From: Camelus ferus
Lineage: Eukaryota
Reading direction: 5' to 3'
NCBI RefSeq assembly: GCF_009834535.1
Contig: NC_045704.1
Span: forward strand, 15,438,001 to 15,502,000
DNA: 64,000 nt
Below, piece after piece: positions 59,715 to 64,000 of the stretch. Position 1 is the first letter of the stretch; every line of letters begins with the position of its first letter. The notes under the pieces are model-generated. The model was not told the origin of the DNA and ran no database searches. It saw only the letters and a program-made list of their open reading frames with translations. Both the position numbers and the translations under genes were made by a program.

Positions 59715-62700
59715 GGATCAAATGTGAAATCTTTGAATAAAAGGACCCAAGTATGTGAGAATGGTCAGAGAGGAAGACTGGGAATGCTCAAATCTTCAAA
59801 TTAAAAGCCTCAGGATATTTGTATCTTTCAATCCAAAAAGAGTAGTGTTTTCAATATTCACAGCTAAGAGCTTGAAAGATGTCTTGCAGATCCATCCAGA
59901 CCAAGCACCCACCCATTTTACAGATGGGGAAACCAAAGGCCCAAGAGCAGAAGTCCCCCCAGGGAGTCAGTTTCAGGCTGGGGTTGGGACTCCAGTTCAA
60001 CTGAAGCCCAAATTCACAGATCTGGCTTCTTTTGCTGCCACCAAATCAGATTAATTTGGGGAAGGAGGTCTTCATAAGGTGGAGGGGAGAATGCCAGGGT
60101 GAGTGTGAATGGCCACAACCTAGAAGGGAGTGTTTTTTTTTTTAGAAGCAGAGAAGAGAAAATATTTCTAAAACCGTGGTGGTGGGGAGGGAGACTGGAC
60201 CAGAGTTGGTCTGGGTGGAAGGGGTGGAGTTTCAGAGAAGGAGGGAAGAGGAGAGGGGAAGTGGGGGGGGGGGGAGCAGAGATTAATTCCCGCCTGCCTC
60301 TGTCTCCTGACCCTCCCCACGAAGCCCACTGCTCCCGTGGGACAGGGCCTATAATTTGGTTTGTGTCTAGACAAATAATAACTCAGCTGGTGTGAGCCAG
60401 GGAGCCGGGAGAGAGGCGGCAAAGCCTGCCTGGCAAGGGGTAGGGATGCAGCCTGGGCTCCGAGTGTCCCCCAAAGGCGGTGAGAATTTAGGGGCCAGGT
60501 GAAGATGGTGACTCCCCCCCTCCACCATTGAATCCTTAGTATCTTAGAATCCTGCATAATCTTAGAACTTCAGGCTGCTGGGATGTTAAAAAAAAAAAAC
60601 AAAAAACAGAATAGATAAGGGGGAAAAAGTAAGTGAGGTTCACTGTATACAGAGTATGTTCCCATTTCTGTAAAAAAGAAAAGGGAAATACGCATTCGTG
60701 TTTGCTGGGCAAAGATAATCACAGAGAGTTTAATAATAGATTATGAAAATCGTAGAATGTTAAAAAAAATCATAGAGCATTCTAACAATAGAACTTGAGA
60801 GTCTTGGAATGTGAGACTCCAGGAATATTGGAAACTTAGAAGGGTAAGGGCATGGAAGGCCGCCATGATAATGATAACAGAATGGTAGAAAAGGAAAGCT
60901 CTAGAATATTATAATAATAGAACAGAAAACCATGAACAGGACTAACAACAGAACCGAAGATCTGAGAGCCTTGGAATCTAGAACACCAGAGGGGTACAGT
61001 CAGAACACCCTGGTGTCCCTTCTGGGTGGTGTAGGGGATGGGGATCCCCTCGGTAGAAATGGGGAAACTGAGGTCCAGCGGAGCCGTCATGGTGGCCTGA
61101 CTGTCCCCCAGTTTCCGCCAGCCAGCCGCCAGGGCACCAGGTGGGGAGCGAGGCTCCGTGATCACATTTCACCCAGTAATGAGCAGACCGGAGCTGGCTG
61201 GTCCCTAGAGGCTGATGGGGGAGTTAGGGGAGAGCAGGAGCCCTCAGAGGAGGGAAATGAGGGGGTGAGAGAGGCAGCCTGGAGGCGTCCAGGACCAGGC
61301 TGGTGAGTGAACCAGTGTGGGGGACGTGGGGGGCTGCCTCACCTCTCCCTCCTGTCCTCTCACCCCACTCCCACCCCCGCCCAGTCCTTCAGCCTTGCTG
61401 GACTTGGAGGTGGCTGGTGGGGCCCATGGGCTTTTCTGGCTCGAGCACTGAGACGCCAAGTGCCAGCAGGGGTCTGACCAGTCCTTCCTGTCTCCCCACT
61501 ACGGCTCCACACTCCCAGCTTATCTCTCTTTCCTGCCCCTCTGGGAGGGGCCAGCATGGACCAAAGAAGGAGCCTGGGGGCCAGGGAGAGCTTCTTGTGG
61601 GGACTGTGAGATTTGGGGGTTGACCCCCCAACAAAGCCTGAGCGAGGGACGCAACTTTGATCCCAACCCACGGTGGGGGGCTGGGCAGGGGATTCAGGTG
61701 ATGAAAGGATATGCAAGACATTGAGGCCACTTGCTTTTTTGTGGTAGTCAGTCCTTAGATCTTTCAGCAGATTCTCCAGGGGGTGCTGAGAACCCCAGAA
61801 ACACTTGAGGAAAATTACAGGAAAGAGAGAAAACATTCAGGGAAGGGGAAGTTTTTGAGTTAAGACCTACAATGTCTTGATATATCATGTGACTTAGACG
61901 ACTGCCTTGTGGCTCTGGGCCTCAGTTTCCCCATCTGTACCAGGAAGGGGTCAGAAGTAGCCTCGCATCCCCAGTGGTGGCATATAGGCCTGTTGTACTG
62001 TGGAGTTCTAAGAGTCTGCCTTTCCATGCTGTCTCTTGTGGGCTGGATGGTGGGCAGAGCTCAGGTGGGGGTGGGGGAGGAGAGGGCTAAGTGCCCCTCC
62101 CCTATGCCCAGCATCCCCATGAAGCAGGTGGACTGGGGAGGAGGGATAGGAGGAGAGGGGGGTGAGCATCCACCTGGTTCCCCCTCGAGGAAATTAGCAA
62201 TGGGAAGTGTATTTCCTCTGGCTGCCGGAAATAAGTCTCCTGTCTGTGTTCCCGCTCCAGCCTCAGCTGAACCCAGGGGTTCTTGAGAAGGTGGGGCAAA
62301 GGGAACTCCCAGCTCTTGGCACCTCCTCCCATTATGAACTGGTTCAGTTCTTGTCTCAGCTTCCCAGTGAATAGTAATAATTGTTCAAGTACTGCACGAT
62401 TTATATATGGTGTCACCGCTATACAAAAGTTATGCCCCATCCCCATTTATACAGAAAGGGAAACTGAGGTTCCTGAAGAGGAATAAATTCCCTCAGTGTT
62501 ACAGGAGGAAGGAGAGACCCAGGGCAGAGAGAGGGGAGAGAGATGTTTCCAGTGATTTGTTCAGGGAGGGAGGGGTTTCAATTCAAAGGGAGGGACTGGA
62601 TTGCACTGTTCTAGCCAGGAGCAAGCTCCCTCCATCCCATCTTCACAGGATCCTGGAGTCTCTGTGAGGCTGAGGTGGGGGCAGCCCTTCTGTCGCTGAG

Positions 62701-63864
62701 GAACCCACAGGGGGTAGGGCTTACTAAGCGGGACTCAGCTCTGACCTTTCAAAGTCAATTACGCAGCGGATGGGTCCTGCCCTTTTTAATTTTCCCCTCC
62801 CCATCTCCTTCCTTGCCATCCCGCAGGGCCTCACTAGAGCTTGAAGTGGGAGGTGGTGCCCTCTCAGGGGAAGAGGGGGGCCTGTGTTGGAGGAGGGGCT
62901 GACCAATGTGTGTTCCTTTGGTCCACAGTCATTTATTGAGTGTCTACTGGATGCTGGGCCTGTCCTGGGTGCTCAAGAACAAGGTCCCTGCCCTTCTGGA
63001 ACATCCATTCTAGACAGACAGGCACAAACAAGATACAAAATAATGTGAGGAGAGAGCCCTGGGGATGGTGGGTAGGACTTGGTAGAGAGGGCCTCCCTGA
63101 GGGAGTGATGGAGGTGAGGGAGCTAGTCCTGAGAAGATCTGAAAGAAGAACAAAGGTTTTGAGCCAGTTGAGGCAGAGGAGGGGAGGTGGGCAAGAAAGT
63201 CAGCTAGGCTGCCCAGGCAGGTCAGACAGCACCTTGTCACCTGGGGAAGGGATTTGGGGTTTTACCCCTAGTCCACTGGGAAGCTATTGGAAGGTTTCAA
63301 GCAGAGAAGTAACAAGAGCTGATTTCCATGTCAGAGAGATCTTTCTGGCTGCTGTGTGGGAAGTGAGTTGAGGGAAGCCAGAGCGACAGCCAGGAAAGCT
63401 ATGAGGAGGCTACTGTAAGGTTCAAGTGAGTGGTGATGGTGGAGCAGAGCAGGCAGTGGCAGGGGTTTTAGAGACATGCATGGATTCAGGATTTATTGTG
63501 GAGCTAGGTAGCACCATGAGGACTTTCCCATGGAAAGATGCTGAACCGTCTGGGAGGTTCCCATGGACCTGCTGTGTGCCTTTGGGCTCATCCTTTCCCC
63601 TCTCTGGGCCTCAGTTTCATCATCTGTCCAACTGACTCAACCAGTGGTTTTCCTTCTTTATTTTTATTTTTTTCAACCAGTAGTTTTCAAAATGTGTCCT
63701 GGGGATTCTTCAGAGGTGGCTTTCTTCCCCCTACCTCATTTCAATCAGAGCACAAAGCAGCGTCCCCTTTTCACTGCCTTAGGTGGGGTTTCCAATTGGG
63801 ATTTGGTTAAAAAAATAAATGATTTCACAGCCTAAACTAAAACCAATGCGGGGGTGGGGTCGGT

Positions 63865-63962
63865 GGGTGGGTATAGCTCAGTGGTAGAGCACCTGCTTAG
63901 CATGCACAAGGTCCTGTACAGAACCTCCATGAAAACATTTTTAAAAAGATACATAAATAAAA
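63865..63962 (+). mobile_element. Vic-1 SINE with B-box deleted
   Basis: GGGTATAGCTCAGTGGTAGAGCACCTGCTTAGCATGCACAAGGTCCTG, then directly ACCTCCAT and an A-rich tail. Confidence 0.8.
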
Positions 63963-64000
63963 TCAAGGACCGACCCCCAAAGTTCTCCAAAACTAAACCG

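Overview
Mammalian genomic DNA, GC-rich and gene-dense, with no prokaryotic content. It is almost certainly from a camelid (camel/alpaca/llama), because six copies of the tRNA-derived Vic-1 SINE are present. The window is the orthologue of human 19q13.32 read in reverse. Gene order: QPCTL (minus, exons 1-6; last exon lies off the left edge), SNRPD2 (plus, head-to-head with QPCTL), GIPR (minus, 14 exons) and EML2 (plus, 22-exon long form plus two further first exons, hosting MIR330). A final CpG island at about 58.2-58.6 kb is where GPR4 should start by synteny. Three of the four N gaps hide a coding exon (SNRPD2 exon 3, GIPR exon 9, EML2 exon 18), so those genes look broken but probably are not. 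I found no wholly new gene system that I can firmly support. The best leads are: a single arm of the primate miR-642 hairpin in GIPR intron 7 (likely pre-duplication ancestral state); an unusual GIPR start-codon arrangement; a different predicted product of GIPR last-intron retention; RFX X-boxes at several promoters, one inside EML2 coding sequence; a U12-type intron in EML2; and a speculative spliced upstream unit 2-3 kb before GIPR. All comparisons to human, mouse or bovine sequences are from memory and need alignment to confirm.
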